Origin: Paraphysomonas bandaiensis
Lineage: Eukaryota; Protista; Chrysophyceae
Assembly (NCBI GenBank): GCA_965644295.1
Contig: CBFFRP010000128.1
Span: 73,666 to 137,665, forward strand
Length of the DNA: 64,000 nucleotides
Reading direction: 5' to 3'
This document shows, piece by piece, positions 14,204-27,780 of this stretch. Position 1 is the stretch's first letter, and every line of letters begins with the position of its first letter. Below the pieces are notes generated by a model. It was not told the origin of the DNA. It was given only the letters and a program-made list of their open reading frames with translations, and ran no database searches. The position numbers and the translations under genes are program-made.

Positions 14204-15264
14204 TTATGCATTTCTGCGTAAGGGAAATGCCGCTTCCCCTCCTGCCAGCCAAGCAGCGCAATCAGGATCAAGCTTAGCAGCCACAACCTCGTCATATTTA
14301 CGCAGCTGTTCTGGGGTAAGCACTCCCTTCCATCGACCGTTCGTTCCTTTGTTAATAAACGTCTTTCCACCACCCTCGAATATTGCCCCTCCCACAGGAA
14401 TAAGAGCGCTTGTGTCAGCGTTCTTTTTCATGGTCGAAAACCGGAAACTCTCTATCATGTCATCGAAACCATCCTCATGAATAGGAATATCCAGAAACGC
14501 GGCAATATCCCTGACAGTTCCTGGAAGGTCATCAAGAAGATCTTGAAAGTGCACAAAGAAAATATTGGGAAGGTGGCGATATTCCCACCACGACCGAACA
14601 TTATCAAACAATGACCAAAAGGGGTATCCATCGGTCTCTCCCTCGATGCCTTGACCTCGGCTGATCCATTCATCAAATAAGGACTCTTCAGTCCATCCCG
14701 CTTCAGACCACCGCGGTAACTTCTCTCCAACAAGGCCTAAAGACCCATCACACTATGATTATACTAGTGAACATGCAAACCATAAATCTACCTGGAGTTT
14801 CGTTAAGGAGTTGATACCACAGATCATTTCCAGATCGATAGTGGTTACAGAGGCTCATATAACAATCACGACCATCACGACCAATGTAAATATACTTTGC
14901 TTTCTCGTTAAACACAAGAGCATCCAGTCTAAGATGAGTTTTGATCTGTCGTCTCTCTGTAATCGCTTCTAATACAGGCAATTGAACATGTATAGGAGGT
15001 ACACGTAGATCAAGCCATGGGAATAATTCAGCACAATTCTCTAATAATACACAGTTATATACACCATAAGATCATATTCTTATTACCTGGTATTTGTTTC
15101 TGTTGATATACTAGTCCCATTACGATGTTTTGCATCCATGTGGTTCCACTCTTGTAAGCTGTCGCTATGATGATATCATCATCACGTACAGGAAAATTAT
15201 TCCATTTAGTTGAATCAAAATGATGATTATGAAGTTCTCTTGTTTTTATAGGATGATCTGACAT
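14204..15264 (-). CDS. Sulfotransferase (Sulfotransfer_1), bacterial-like
   Basis: 5'-PSB loop AYKSGTTW, IKTHL, 3'-PB RDGRDCYMS, C-terminal FINKGTNGRWK; short introns. Confidence 0.93.
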
Positions 15265-15356
15265 GGTATGGATATGTAGATGTGATGTAGCTGGTTAATA
15301 TATGAGTGGATCCATATGACTGTGACTGTGACTATACATACCTTCACTGTTACATC

Positions 15357-15499
15357 CGTATCGGCATCCTTTGTATATTTTTGTTCAAAGATGCCTCTAA
15401 GTTTGAGACAACAATTATCTGTATTCAAGACGTAGTTGTATTTCCGTAATATAGAGGATATTTGCTTCAATTTATTTCCGAAAAATAAGATGCTGACTG
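15357..15499. repeat. ~150-bp dispersed element, copy 1
   Basis: High similarity to 33013-33164 and 62182-62333. Confidence 0.85.
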
Positions 15500-15862
15500 T
15501 CATCACGTCAGCAGCATGTGGATACCCATATATACCCATATATACCCATACACCAGTATATAAGTACGGTGAAGATATCTTTTTGTTGAAATCATCGTAT
15601 AGTTATGAATGTACTCCAGTATACTGTACTCCTGTACATGTCTCACAGTACACATCTCAGATATAGATACTACAGCAGTGATCTGGACTATAGATATATA
15701 CGCACATACATACATATATAATCACCATCAGGTAGCTTATTAACACACCCATTGAATGCTACTGTAAGTAATTCATGGCCGATAGAACAATCCAGTCTCG
15801 TATTTAGATAAGTGTTATTGTTAACTTACTGCGTATACATACACATACATACATACCACTGC

Positions 15863-17579
15863 ATGGATTCAGAGGAGGTGTATATGAGTAGTAACGGAGA
15901 TCAAGAGTCTACTCTCTACTATACTCAGATTGCTATGGTTGAGTTTATTGGTACTTTCTTTCTTTCTCAACTAGTTGCATCCAAGTATGTGTTTGCTATA
16001 GACGGCAGTCAGCCGATAGCTCTTGGGTTAGGCTATGTGGGGATATTATATGCAACATTTCCTATCAGTGGAGGTCAACTTAATCCTGCAGTAACTTGTG
16101 GTCTACTATATAGAAGGAAATTGAGTTTACGAGAAGGATTATGTTGTATTGTTGCTCAATTGCTTGGCGGGATATTTGCTGGGCTTGTTTCATATGCTAT
16201 ATTCAATAGTAACTGGGATAATGTTGGTCTGTATTTTTGCTTTTTTCGTTGTTGTACTCACACCTGCGCAGGGTATCCTGAGATCTCCGAGGGATTTCAT
16301 GCATCAAATGCATTTGTCGCTGAAATACTCGAGTCATTTTTGCTAGTGACAGTCTACATGAACGCCACGACAACTAAAGCACAGGAAGGTAAAAGTTTTT
16401 ATGGAGTTGCAGTAGGATTTGTTGTACTATCCACTGCCCTCTTGGAGGCCACTCAACGTAGTACATGTAATAACTCTGCTGTGGCTATGCTTGCCCTTCT
16501 CCAGGGATCGTACAAGGACCTATGGGTCTATTTCTGCGCCCCACTTATTGGTTCGTTATTCGCTTGTTTAGCATTTCCTATACTTAACCCAGCCGAGGAT
16601 CAGCACGATATCAGTACCGCTGCAAAGCGACTTGCCAGTCTACTTACAGAGTTCATTGGGACATTTTATTTGTCGTACACCGTTGGGATGAGTGTAAATG
16701 CGGCTTCTTTCAGCAACGGATTCTGTGCGATAGGGATGATGGTCGCCTCATTGATTTACATGGGTATGGTACATCTTCAACAAATTTGTTACTTTTATGT
16801 GAAGTGTCGGCGAATTCATGCTGATTATTTTACTGGTCTTGTATATGACTTAAATATACCTTTGTAAAAACTTTTGTCATTGGAAGTCGAAATGTTCTTG
16901 CAACTGCAATAACGATTTTTTAGGGGCAGCCATCAGTGGAGCTCAATATAACCCTGCAGTTTCACTTGCCATTTTTATTCGACGACGTTGGTCATCATCA
17001 TCAAGGGCACCTACTATGAAAGTAGTAGACCTTGTAATGTATAGCATTGTACAAGTGCTTGCGTCATTTGCAGGAGCTCTTGTTGCGGGGTATGTTAATC
17101 AGGATGTAGGAGGCATTACTACTTTTAAGGTCAACACAGATCACTATACTCTTTTTGCAGGAGTTGTTGTTGAAGCGTTGTATTCGTTTCTTCTCTGCTT
17201 CACCGTACTCATGAGCGGAACCCTTAGATATGTTCAAGGGAACAGTTACTACGGCATGGCGTGTGGATTTGTTGTTACAGCCGGAATCGCTGCCGTTTCT
17301 AATATATCTGGTGTGTGCTCTTCACATAACATAATTTGGTTGATCATACATGCACTGCAATACGCTAGCTCTTTTTTTACTGATTTTTTAGGTGGTGTTT
17401 TTAATCCTGCACTTGGTGTTTCGCTTCCGATCATTGCAATGAAACATGTAAAGGACATATGGGTGTATGTCGTTGGCCCATATTTTGGTGCTGTAGTGGC
17501 GGCTCTTGTTGTCAATTTTGTTAGTTTTGTGGAAGATGGGGCGGAAAAGACAGACCTGTCGCACTTGACGGCTTTCTAA
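15863..17579 (+). CDS. Tandem (double-domain) aquaporin/MIP
   Basis: Two EFIGTF starts and four loop motifs: GGQLNPAV, CNNSAV, GAQYNPAV, GGVFNPAL. Introns about 16226-16270, 16765-16923 and 17312-17391 keep one frame. Confidence 0.85.
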
Positions 17580-18084
17580 GTTGTCTTCCTATGCTACCAG
17601 TTGCCCGTGGTTTCACATGAGTATCTGAATATAATTTCGTTGAAATTACAGTGATTATACATGTATTGTTTCCGTAGCACTGATCTTCATGTGACAATGA
17701 TTGTATATAATAGATAACATATTTCCATATATGTATCAAAAAGATCTTCTGTATATGCAACCTCTTGAAAATATGACATATATAGTCATGTGCCCTTGTG
17801 GAGTATAAGGTGATTTCGCTAGACTGTCACTAGCAAGAAAGTCTTACGTCGAATGTACGATAATTAGTCATATAAAATTGATAGTAGAAATAACTGTATA
17901 ATTATAGAATTGCAACAAAAAACGTCACATTTTACGACCTGCCAACCGTTATATACTTTGTATCCTGCTTTAAACACACGACATTGCAAACATGTATTTA
18001 GTATTCATACTAATGATTTGAAAAAACAAACACATAAAAAGGTCAAAGTACGACAGGTCCATATGTTCTTTATCAAGCATATAT

Positions 18085-19174
18085 TCATATTTGGGATATG
18101 CTAGATGGCTCTACTGTTTTGATACCCTCCGCAATTTCTTTATTTACGTTTCTAAGTTTCTTCTTATGTCGCCGTTTCTGTTTGACCATTTCAACATCTT
18201 TGTCTTTCATAGTATCATCAACAGGTTCCTCGTCGGTTTCCGAATCTGACTCCACACGATAACCAGTTGACTTTGCATTCTCAGGCATGTGGTACTTGTG
18301 CACATCTGCATTGCTACTGACGTCACCCTCATCTTCCTCCACGAATACTAAGTAACACATAGCCGCCAGTACCGCCCCTACCCCCGGACCAACATAATAT
18401 ATCCAGCTCCAGGAATCCCATAAGTTATCTCCAGCAAAGCTATTCACAACCGCTGGTCCAAATGTGCGTGCAGGGTTGATTCCACATCCCGTGAACGGGA
18501 TTAGTACTATATGTGCAATAAATATGGAGAACCCAATACAGAGGGGTGCGAGATTGGGCTGGCCATCAGTAGGCCCCCCACCACGAACTGCAGTGAGAAG
18601 GATTACAAGGCATAGCAAAAATGTACCCATCATTTCGAATAGAAATCCGTTTCCAGAGGTTAAGTCGCTATTCAATGAATTAGCACCCAGAGCAAAAGGA
18701 GGAGAGCCGACATCATCCGACCCCATACCAGATGTGGCCCCCCAAGTGAGAGCTGAACCGAGTACAGCGCCTAATAATTGAGCTATTATATACGCCACAG
18801 CACGTGGAGGACTGATCTGCTGAATCAAACATAGAAATAGAGTTACAGCGGGATTAATGTGTCCTCCAGATAGATTTCCTGTGCTGTACACTAGTACCAT
18901 AATAGTCATACCGAATGCCATAGCTATAGGCATCAACCGCCCCACCTGTATATATATATGCCACTGAGATCAATAGATCCACATATGAATCACTTACAGT
19001 ATTCTCTCTAGCTACTCCATCTTGTGTGAGGAACTCTCCTGTAGCTATCACACTCCCAGTGCCAAAGAATAGAAACAGAGTCATAGAGAGAAACTCTGCA
19101 AACATTGCTCGTAATAACTCACGTGACTTGTTACAGTCATTAGGGAAACCCATTGATACCCATGAGATAGCCAT
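18085..19174 (-). CDS. Aquaporin (canonical MIP)
   Basis: AEFLSMTLF, SGGHINPAVT, TGCGINPARTFGPAV; one intron near 18946-18998. Confidence 0.95.
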
Positions 19175-19452
19175 GTTTGTTGTTCAGTGGTATATGGATG
19201 TGGATATGCGTGTGTTTTATCACTGTGGAATTGTGTATAGTATCTATATAGATACAGTGCACAGTGCGTATGATATATATAGACACACAAGTACGTACGA
19301 TGTGCATGCTGGTTGTGTATGGAGACGAGTGTATTATGCCACATTAATACTAGTACCTAAAACCAAGAACATATGTTAGGGAAGAGACAGCGAATAGTGG
19401 GCCCGGAAAGTGATATTGACAACATTGATTGGGCAGTAGAATTCGAGGTTAG

Positions 19453-19744
19453 GTATGTATGTATGTATGTATGTATGTATGTATGTATGTATGTATGTAT
19501 GTATGTATGTATGTATGTATGTATGTATGTATGTATGTATGTATGTATGTATGTATGTATGTATGTATGTATGTATGTATGTATGTATGTATGTATGTAT
19601 GTATGTATGTATGTATGTATGTATGTATGTATGTATGTATGTATGTATGTGTGTATGTATGTATGTATGTATGTATGTATGTATGTATGTATGTATGTAT
19701 GTATGTATGTATGTATGTATGTATGTATGTATGTATGTATGTAT
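19453..19744 (+). repeat. (GTAT)n microsatellite, left of the Gypsy insertion
   Basis: About 73 units, one GTGT variant. Confidence 0.98.
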
Positions 19745-20019
19745 TGTGGCATGAAACCCCTGCCTTTTGGGAAAACCTTGGGTTTTTAGATTTGCGATCA
19801 CTCTCCTTCAGGGTTTGCCTTAGGCACGTCCCTTCAGGATCGTGATATAGTGATAGGCAGTTGCTTCATGCCAGTCTATACATACATGATTCTTATATAC
19901 ATAATAACCATATATTCCTAGTCTACATTCTCTTGGTGTCTGTCAGCTACAATATCGATATTAGTTTAACTGATATCAAGGAGAGCAAGGAAATGAAAAC
20001 GCGTTTTTGAACAAGAGTG

Positions 20020-20410
20020 TGAGGGGGTTCCTGAGGAGCCGAGACCCTCCAGTGTGATGGAAGGGAAGGAGGCAGGGGCCTCCGACCGAGAACTTCCAAA
20101 GAGTGATTTAGATTATGAGGGTGAGGGGGCTCTTGAGGAGCCGATAACCTCCAGTTCAACGGAAGGGAAGGAGGCACGGGCCTCCGACCGAGAACTTCCA
20201 AAGAGTGATTTAGATTATGAGAGTGAGGGGGCTCTTGAGGAGCCGATAACCTCCAGTTCAACGGAAGGGAAGGAGGCAGGGGCCTCCGACCGAGAACTTC
20301 CAAAGAGTGATTTAGATTATGAGAGTGAGGGGGCTCTTGAGGAGCCGATAACCTCCAGTTCAACGGAAGGGAAGGAGGCAGGGGCCTCCGACCGAGAACT
20401 TCCGAAGAGT
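20020..20410 (+). repeat. 102-bp tandem repeat (about 3.8 copies) inside the Gypsy element
   Basis: Unit starts at 20059, 20161, 20263 and 20365; reads as the 34-aa EGKEAGASDRELPKSDLDYESEGALEEPITSSST. Confidence 0.92.
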
Positions 20411-20488
20411 GGTTCGTATGGAAAATACTCCAAAGGTGAGTTCTGCGAATTATACTCGGCTGTCATGGGTTGAAATGAGCAGGGTGGG

Positions 20489-23378
20489 AAAAGGATGTGC
20501 AAGGCTCTGCTTGATACTGGCGCGTCGGCGAACTTTATTAGTAAAGACGTTGTACAGTGGTTGATAGAGAGTGATTCTGTTCCAATACCTGTAATTAAGA
20601 ATATTGCGGGTGGCTTGAAGTCTGCTTTTGCATTGTGTAGGAGGGGTGTACCCTTTGATGTAAAAATCCTTTCGGAGGCAAAGTAGCCTCCGGGGTTGCA
20701 AGCTAGGTTAACTGCTTGGGAATTAGATTTAAATTTTGATATTATATTAGGAATGCAGACTGTACGAGAACTAGATTTAGTTGTACATTGCCCTAATGCT
20801 TTATGAGCGCGGACAGCGCATGGCGGTTAGCCAACGTAGTGGGAAACAGCGCATTCCTTCATGCGAGAGAGAGAGATGATCAGTCTGGGGGAGCCGTGCC
20901 TCTTGGCCTGGGCGTGCACGCGTCTTACCCTTGTGGGGGGGAACGAGCCAGCGTTCGTCTACCGCTACGCAAAAATTATGACCTTGGGGTGCAGAGAGAG
21001 TTAGCTCCACTCGAGGTAGGAATCATGAAGGTGGTGGCGAAGATTGGTCATACCCAGTGGAGGAGCAGTTGCTCTCTCTGGGGGTCGAGGACCCTACTAA
21101 CTTCTCAATCAGGTCCGCAAGGGACCGAGAGAATATGAAGGAGATTCGCGATGATCAATTGGAGTCTATTGATTCTGATTATTTAAGTGCGGAAAAGGAT
21201 CCGCAAGTGCTTCCAGATAAGATATTTGGATCCCCGAGTTTACAGAGTCGTATCCAGGATGTCCTGGGGGAATACAAGGAGATATTCCGATTAGAGATTC
21301 GTAAAGGGGAACCAGCCAAGCTGGAGCCTTTTGAGTTAGAAGTCCGGAACCCGTCTGACACGTGGTTGATACCGGCACATAAATTGCCTCCCCGGAGGTT
21401 AGACAGGAGTCGCCAGCGCGAGCTCCAACATTTGGTGGATAAGCTAGAGAAGTTAGGAGCAATCCAACTTAGCACAGCCACTCATTACAGTCATCCCTTT
21501 GTGGTGCCGAAGCCAGATAATAAAGGGCGGTGGGTAATAGACTATAAAAACTTAAATCGGGTCACGACTTCAGAAAGCTGGCCAATTCCAAATATAAGAG
21601 ATATGATCTATAGAATTGGTGCCAGGGGGTAAACGATCCCGTGCTGGGTTGCCTTTATTACTCAAAACGGGGTGTACGAGTGGCTCCGGCTCCCCATGGG
21701 TTTAAAGTGCGCTCCATCTTATTTCCAGAGGCAAATGCAAAATATAGTGCTTGCGGGCCTGGTATAAAATGAGTTTTCTTTGCATGCAATATTGGGAAAT
21801 AATACAAAAAGTCTCAAGCGCATCGGAAAGTGCTCGACTGGTCAGAGGAGGCCACGGTAGCATTCGATGAGCTGAAGGAGCGAATTCATGAGTGTCCCTT
21901 ATTATTTTTTATGGATGATGTTTTCCCCATCTATCTATATACTGATGCATCAATAATAGGGATTGGGGCTCATTTGGTGCAAATCGTGGAGGGTCACGAC
22001 GCACAATAATTGATATGATTAGTAAGACGTTCGAGTCAACCTTGGCGAAATGGCATACCTGTGAGCAGGAAGGATTTGCCATTTTTGTATGCCTTGAATA
22101 AGTGGGAATACTTGTTGAGAGATCGACGTTTCATTGTTCGAACTGATCACGACAGCTTAAGCAAGAACACGGTATCTTAAGCGTGTGCAACGCTGGTTTA
22201 TGTGTTTTCAGTCGTTTGATGTACTTAGCAGGAGAACTTAAGGTGATTGCTGATGCTCTTAGTCGAATTTGTGGGGTGGACGCATCCGATGAGATCGGTG
22301 AAAATATCTGTTCTTCACTCGAGCAGTGCCTTGAGGTGGAGCAGGGAACAGAGTGTGAGCATATCCTTAGTCGCTGCTGGAAAGTTATTTAGACCTGTCA
22401 CAATAGTGTAGTGGGTCACCATGGGGTAGAACGAACCATGGGAAAGTTGCGAAGGAGCAACAACATTTGGAAGAACATGCGTCAGCATGTAATAACTTTT
22501 ATTAAGAGATGTGTGTGTTGTCAGAAAATGTCAACGTTGAAACCATCTGTGTGGGTTCGTCCATTTACACTGTCGAAATACTCGATGGGAGAATGTATTT
22601 ATATGGATTATATTGAAGGCTTGATGCCGGATGAATATGGGTTTACGAGTATATTAGTGCTGATGGATGCCTTCGCGAGGTGGGTTGAGTTATTCCCCAC
22701 GAAAGGCATATCGGCGAAAGATACAGCCCGGGCTTTATTTTGGATAGAAAGAATTTATCATCTCGGGAGAGTCGAGATTTATCACAATGGGTGGCAGACA
22801 GACTTGTCGCTCAGGATAAGGTTAGGGCGTATGCACGACAGAATTTGCGTATCCGAGACCAGCATCAAATTGAGTCTAGTATGCCGGAGGGTATATCCTC
22901 ATATCCGGTAGGGGCTTTGGTGCTTGTGGAATATCGCCAGAACTCGTTGAGGAAGGGTCCTCCGAGCAAGTTATTACCATATTTAAAAGGCCCCATGAAG
23001 GTGGTGGCAATAGATGGTGGAATTTATACAGTGCAGAGTCTTTTGACCAAAGGCACAACGAAGCATCATATCTCGAAGTTACGCCCGTTCTGTTATGATC
23101 CGAGGGTTGAAGACCCGGTGCAGATTGCGTTACGGGATGACACAGAGGGCGCCGAGTTTGTGATGGAGAAAATAACGAACATGCGAGGGGATGTAAAAGG
23201 GTCACGATTTGACTTGTACTTTGAGGTGTTTTGGTCTAATTATAGTGTACCAACTTGGGAGTCTTGGAAGACAGTGCGGGGTTCAGAGGCACTGCTAAGA
23301 TACCTGAGGTCCCACTCTAACTATCTTGTTCGGGCCCTATTACCCAAGAGAGGAAAGAAGCGCTCCAGGTCAAGTTGA
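20489..23378 (+). pseudogene. pol: Gypsy pol remnants: protease, RT, RNase H, integrase, chromodomain
   Basis: LLDTGASANFI; VPKPDNKGRWVIDYKNLN; LPMGLKCAPSYFQ; YTDAS; GHHG..CxxCQ; YMDYIEGL; FEVFWSNYSVPTWES. Stops, frameshifts and no YxDD region. Confidence 0.92.
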
Positions 23379-23824
23379 TTCGACGGAAGAAGAAGCCCAA
23401 TCCGAGGAGGAGGGATCGTCGAGTTAGTTTAGGGATTATGAGTTTTGACGGTTAAAATCCGCTCTGTCCTTGTAGTGGACACCTATGATAAGGTTCTCGT
23501 AAGTCAGAATAATCCTTGGAGTGATATGTAGGGTAGTAGTGGTGAGTTTTTTAGGAGTAGTAGTTTTCGTAGGCTAAATGCCAGGTTTTTTTCAAAAAAA
23601 AAGGAAGGAAGGGGTAGTGTGGCATGAAACCCCAGCCTTTTGGGAAAACCTTGGGTTTTTAGATTTGCGATCACTCTCCTTCAGGGTTTGCCTTGGGCAC
23701 GTCCCTTCAGGATCGTGATATAGTGATAGGCAGTTGCTTCATGCCAGTCTATACATACATGATTCTTATATACATAATAACCATATATTCCTAGTCTACA
23801 TTCTCTTGGTGTCTGTCAGCTACA

Positions 23825-24072
23825 GTATGTATGTATGTATGTATGTATGTATGTATGTATGTATGTATGTATGTATGTATGTATGTATGTATGTATGTAT
23901 GTATGTATGTATGTATGTATGTATGTATGTATGTATGTATGTATGTATGTATGTATGTATGTATGTATGTATGTATGTATGTATGTATGTATGTATGTAT
24001 GTATGTATGTATGTATGTATGTATGTATGTATGTATGTATGTATGTATGTATGTATGTATGTATGTATGTAT
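23825..24072 (+). repeat. (GTAT)n microsatellite, right of the Gypsy insertion
   Basis: About 62 units. Confidence 0.98.
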
Positions 24073-24918
24073 GCAGGTAGATAGGTGCATTATATATAGG
24101 TACGTTGTTCATGGTATGTGATGATATCTTCACTACATTTTCCGTTAAGTAGTACACAGCCACATACAAGACGTCTCTCTATTTTACCATACTGTCTTAG
24201 GGAGGCATAGACACTGTGGTGATCCAATTAAATAAAACATCAGAATCATTTAATCCATCTCACAGCAGTATAAATATAGCTCTTCATCTTGATACGTCAC
24301 GATATGAAGTTTCCCACTATCACTATCCCAGAGTATCTTTATTGATGTTGATACCACTGCATTGATATGAATGCATGCATGCAACTACTATTATATCAAT
24401 AAACAATAGTCATAATATAGTCATCACCACTCGTTATGGAATAGTCTGGTATCTGGATATATTTCAGGAAGCACTGTGGAGCAACCACGCTCTTCTGGAT
24501 TTATAGTCAACACATTACCATTACCCATAATCATACCAAAACACTAACGCTTGACACTTTTGACCAGATGCGTATATATTTCAATTAATTTTATGTGAAT
24601 AAGAATAATGAATTTCGATATTAGAAAAGTATTACAAATGTATTGCTTAGTACTTGCCCTGGTATAGTGTAGGTGTGTAGGTCGTATCCGTAGATTACAA
24701 ATAAAATGAATGTTTACTACAGTTAAAATTCTCAAAATAAAAACATACTAGCAGTCACAGAATGCTATTATTAATTAAGAAATATACTATTACTTGTACT
24801 ATCCAGGTGTTCCCGAAAATATCAAATAACTCTTCGACATTAGAAACTAGCTCTGTCAGCACCATATTTAATACACATATGCAAAACAATCGTCCTATTA
24901 CAAATGCCAAGCATCGCA

Positions 24919-26439
24919 CTAAATACTTGTCGTTTCCCCTGCAACAACAACGGATGCAGTAACAGTGGGACTCTGACTCTTCTTCATTTCAAACTCTGAT
25001 TCACAGGAAACTAACTCGGTCGTACTATGAGTCGAATCATCATATATCATGGCCTGTATCGAAGGAGCACGCCAATAACCTTTCACTGTCGGCAACGAAC
25101 CTCCATCATTAGCAGATCGCTGATACGCAAACATAACCATCCCGACTACAGCCACAACCAATACCACGGAGATAGATATCAAAGCTGTTCATACATTTGC
25201 TTAAACTAGTTGCGTATATTATAAAATATAAGGCGAGATACCTGCACTAGGTGCCGGAGTGTGTTGGTTTTCGGAGTGGAGATCAGAGGCCTCCATCATG
25301 GGTATCTCATCACCTTCGATTCCTTCCCCGTTACTATACCAGCACGGTTTTTCTCCAGGTCCGGGTTTTGGCTTTGGTTTCGGCTTGGGCTTGCCACCTT
25401 GCAATCGTCGATTTTCCGCTTTCTGAGTATTGGCCGGACTGGCCTTCGGTTTAGGGTGCCCTTCCTGCCCACCAGGGGGGTGCTCTGTGCAAGCTGAGTA
25501 ACCTTCCACAATTACCAGACATTCCTCTGAGAAAGCCTCAGAATCAGTTTCAGCTTTTTCGCGTAGGCAGTCAAGCACATCATGCGGCAAGGTTGCTTCT
25601 GGACACAGCATACTCGATTCCTTTGTGCAAGGATAGTCTTCCTCAAGATAGGAATCCACCTACACAAGAACGCATAACACAATATATAATGTACAATCCC
25701 TAAGCTTACCTTCTCGCGACATTCCGAGGAGAGCTCGTTGTAGTTGTCTTGTAGACATGACAAGACATAACTCGTTTCGTCATTACATAAGGACGAAACA
25801 TCGTATTGACATTCATCGAACATATTAGCCAGCATTGAATTCATAGCGACGGAACATGCCCCAGACAACTCTGACATGTGATTCTGACACAAATAATTAT
25901 TAAGTTAGAAATGCACCACAGTGACACACCTCAATACAAGATACTGCGTCTTCAAATGTAGGGTTTGAAAGGTGGCAGGTAGTAAACATGGCCTGTGAAC
26001 ACTCGTCATCTGTGTTAGAAGAGAAAAGGGGTGCTGTGTCGATTTCGCTTGCAGAAGAATCCCACTGACAAAGTGTGACAAGTTCATCTACCGCAGGAAA
26101 ACAGTGGTTCAAGCTCTCATAGCTTGATTCAAGGCATGGACAAGAAGTACTTGGCGTATTTAATACATTCGTTGCAACAGTGGCAATAAAGCTCTCTGGA
26201 TGAGCGCTTATGAAATCATGTATTGACCTTTCACAGTCATCTCGTTGACCATCTCCAGAACACAAACTAAAATCAGCAGCAGCTAATTCAAGCAAATCAT
26301 TCGCATTAATATTTCTATTAATAGAAAGACAGCTGCCGATATCACTACTGATAGATAGAGCGCTGTCTGCATCATATGAGTCACATCCATACACACTATT
26401 CACAGTGAGGCTTATGAGAAGACTAATAAGAACCACCAT
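24919..26439 (-). CDS. Type I membrane protein with Cys-rich GLG1-like repeats
   Basis: Signal peptide, repeated C..D/E...LC....VLxCL.....S..C units, a KP-rich linker and a TM segment near the C-terminus; 4 exons. Confidence 0.6.
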
Positions 26440-27780
26440 ACTGAGATTGATTGTATATATGAGGCTATACGACTATATGGCTGTTAGTTACTGTTGATAC
26501 TGTTAATAGCCGTATATGATATGTCGGCAGTTAATATCACCAGTCAGATATATGAGGAGTGATTCAGGGGTCAGGAATATACTGGATTATATCCTGGCTA
26601 TGTTGTATGGTAGTATAGTAAAGAACTCACTGGTCGAACACACTGATAGTAATATACAGGCGTCTCTATAGTCTACTCGACCCCTCCATATACACTCTAC
26701 TGCTGTACACGTACACATATCTGTATACATAACCTAGACGATGTTCTCCATACATAAAGGCCCTTATATACCGCCGTGTAAAGGCATACACAGGCTCCAT
26801 CTGGCCAAATTTTCACCGAACAACTACAGTGTATTATGAAGTCGGATATACGGTCGAATGTACTGATATACTGCTGTATGTACGTACAGCAGACAGCAGC
26901 TTGCATGTGGACATCATATGGACACCATACCCAAATATAAACCCTGTTGACTAATTCATACATCTTGAAGTGAGGTTATAGCGACAACTAGATTACAGAT
27001 AATGTAATAACATCCGTCACTTCATAATTGTATCATACTCGTCCTTCAACATCTTTACTCTGGAATGTGTTATTGTGCTTATGGGTCGGAGCGACAACAA
27101 TGATTTAGATGCTGAGAAAATGTACTTGTCTACACATATAACATGTACTTTAAAGGTTCGTTTTACGCTTTCTTTGACTGTCTACGAAACATGGGGTTAT
27201 ATCCCTGTCAGATATAACCGACACTTTCTCTGACAGTTTTGATCGGCCAAAAACCAATTCAGTACAGTACAAAACGTTAAATATATATAAAATAATGTAT
27301 ATACTTCGTAAGATATAATAACTTCTATTACATTAAGCAACTAATACTGCCCTAAATCATCGTAATCTTTTTTCATTATTCCGCCGATAGCTACAATAAC
27401 TCTAACCGAGTGTAAAACACATCGCACTAGTACTTGTTTCCTATGTGCAGCTCTAATATTCATCTATTACTACTTCGTTAATATGTTGGTAAACACTTCT
27501 TGAGAGTTGTTCTTACATTTACAACTATTGTCCTATCGTATATGTTTAAAAAGTGAAATGTCTTGATTTAAGGAGTTAAACATGATACCAATGGAACTGA
27601 CCGAAGTATCTGTTAATGATAAGAGCTACTAACTAAAGTGCAATATTAAAACATCAACAGTATTGAAGTCCAGTTATTAGAAATATAAATAAAATGCACA
27701 TAACTTGCACAGTACGTAATGTGCTTGACACAGAGTACTCATCATTAAGAGACACTACTCGTAAAACGTAAAATAAGTAC

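Larger units (their letters stand above)
19745..23824 (+). mobile_element. Ty3/Gypsy chromoviral LTR retrotransposon, defective
   Basis: 207-bp TG...CA LTRs at 19745-19951 and 23618-23824 (2 mismatches by eye), PPT 23594-23617, GTAT on both flanks. Confidence 0.96.

Noticed and set aside
20020-20410. Tandem repeats here and at 35008-35372 as CRISPR arrays
   Set aside because: The units are contiguous with no unique spacers, keep coding frames, and there are no cas genes; the context is eukaryotic.
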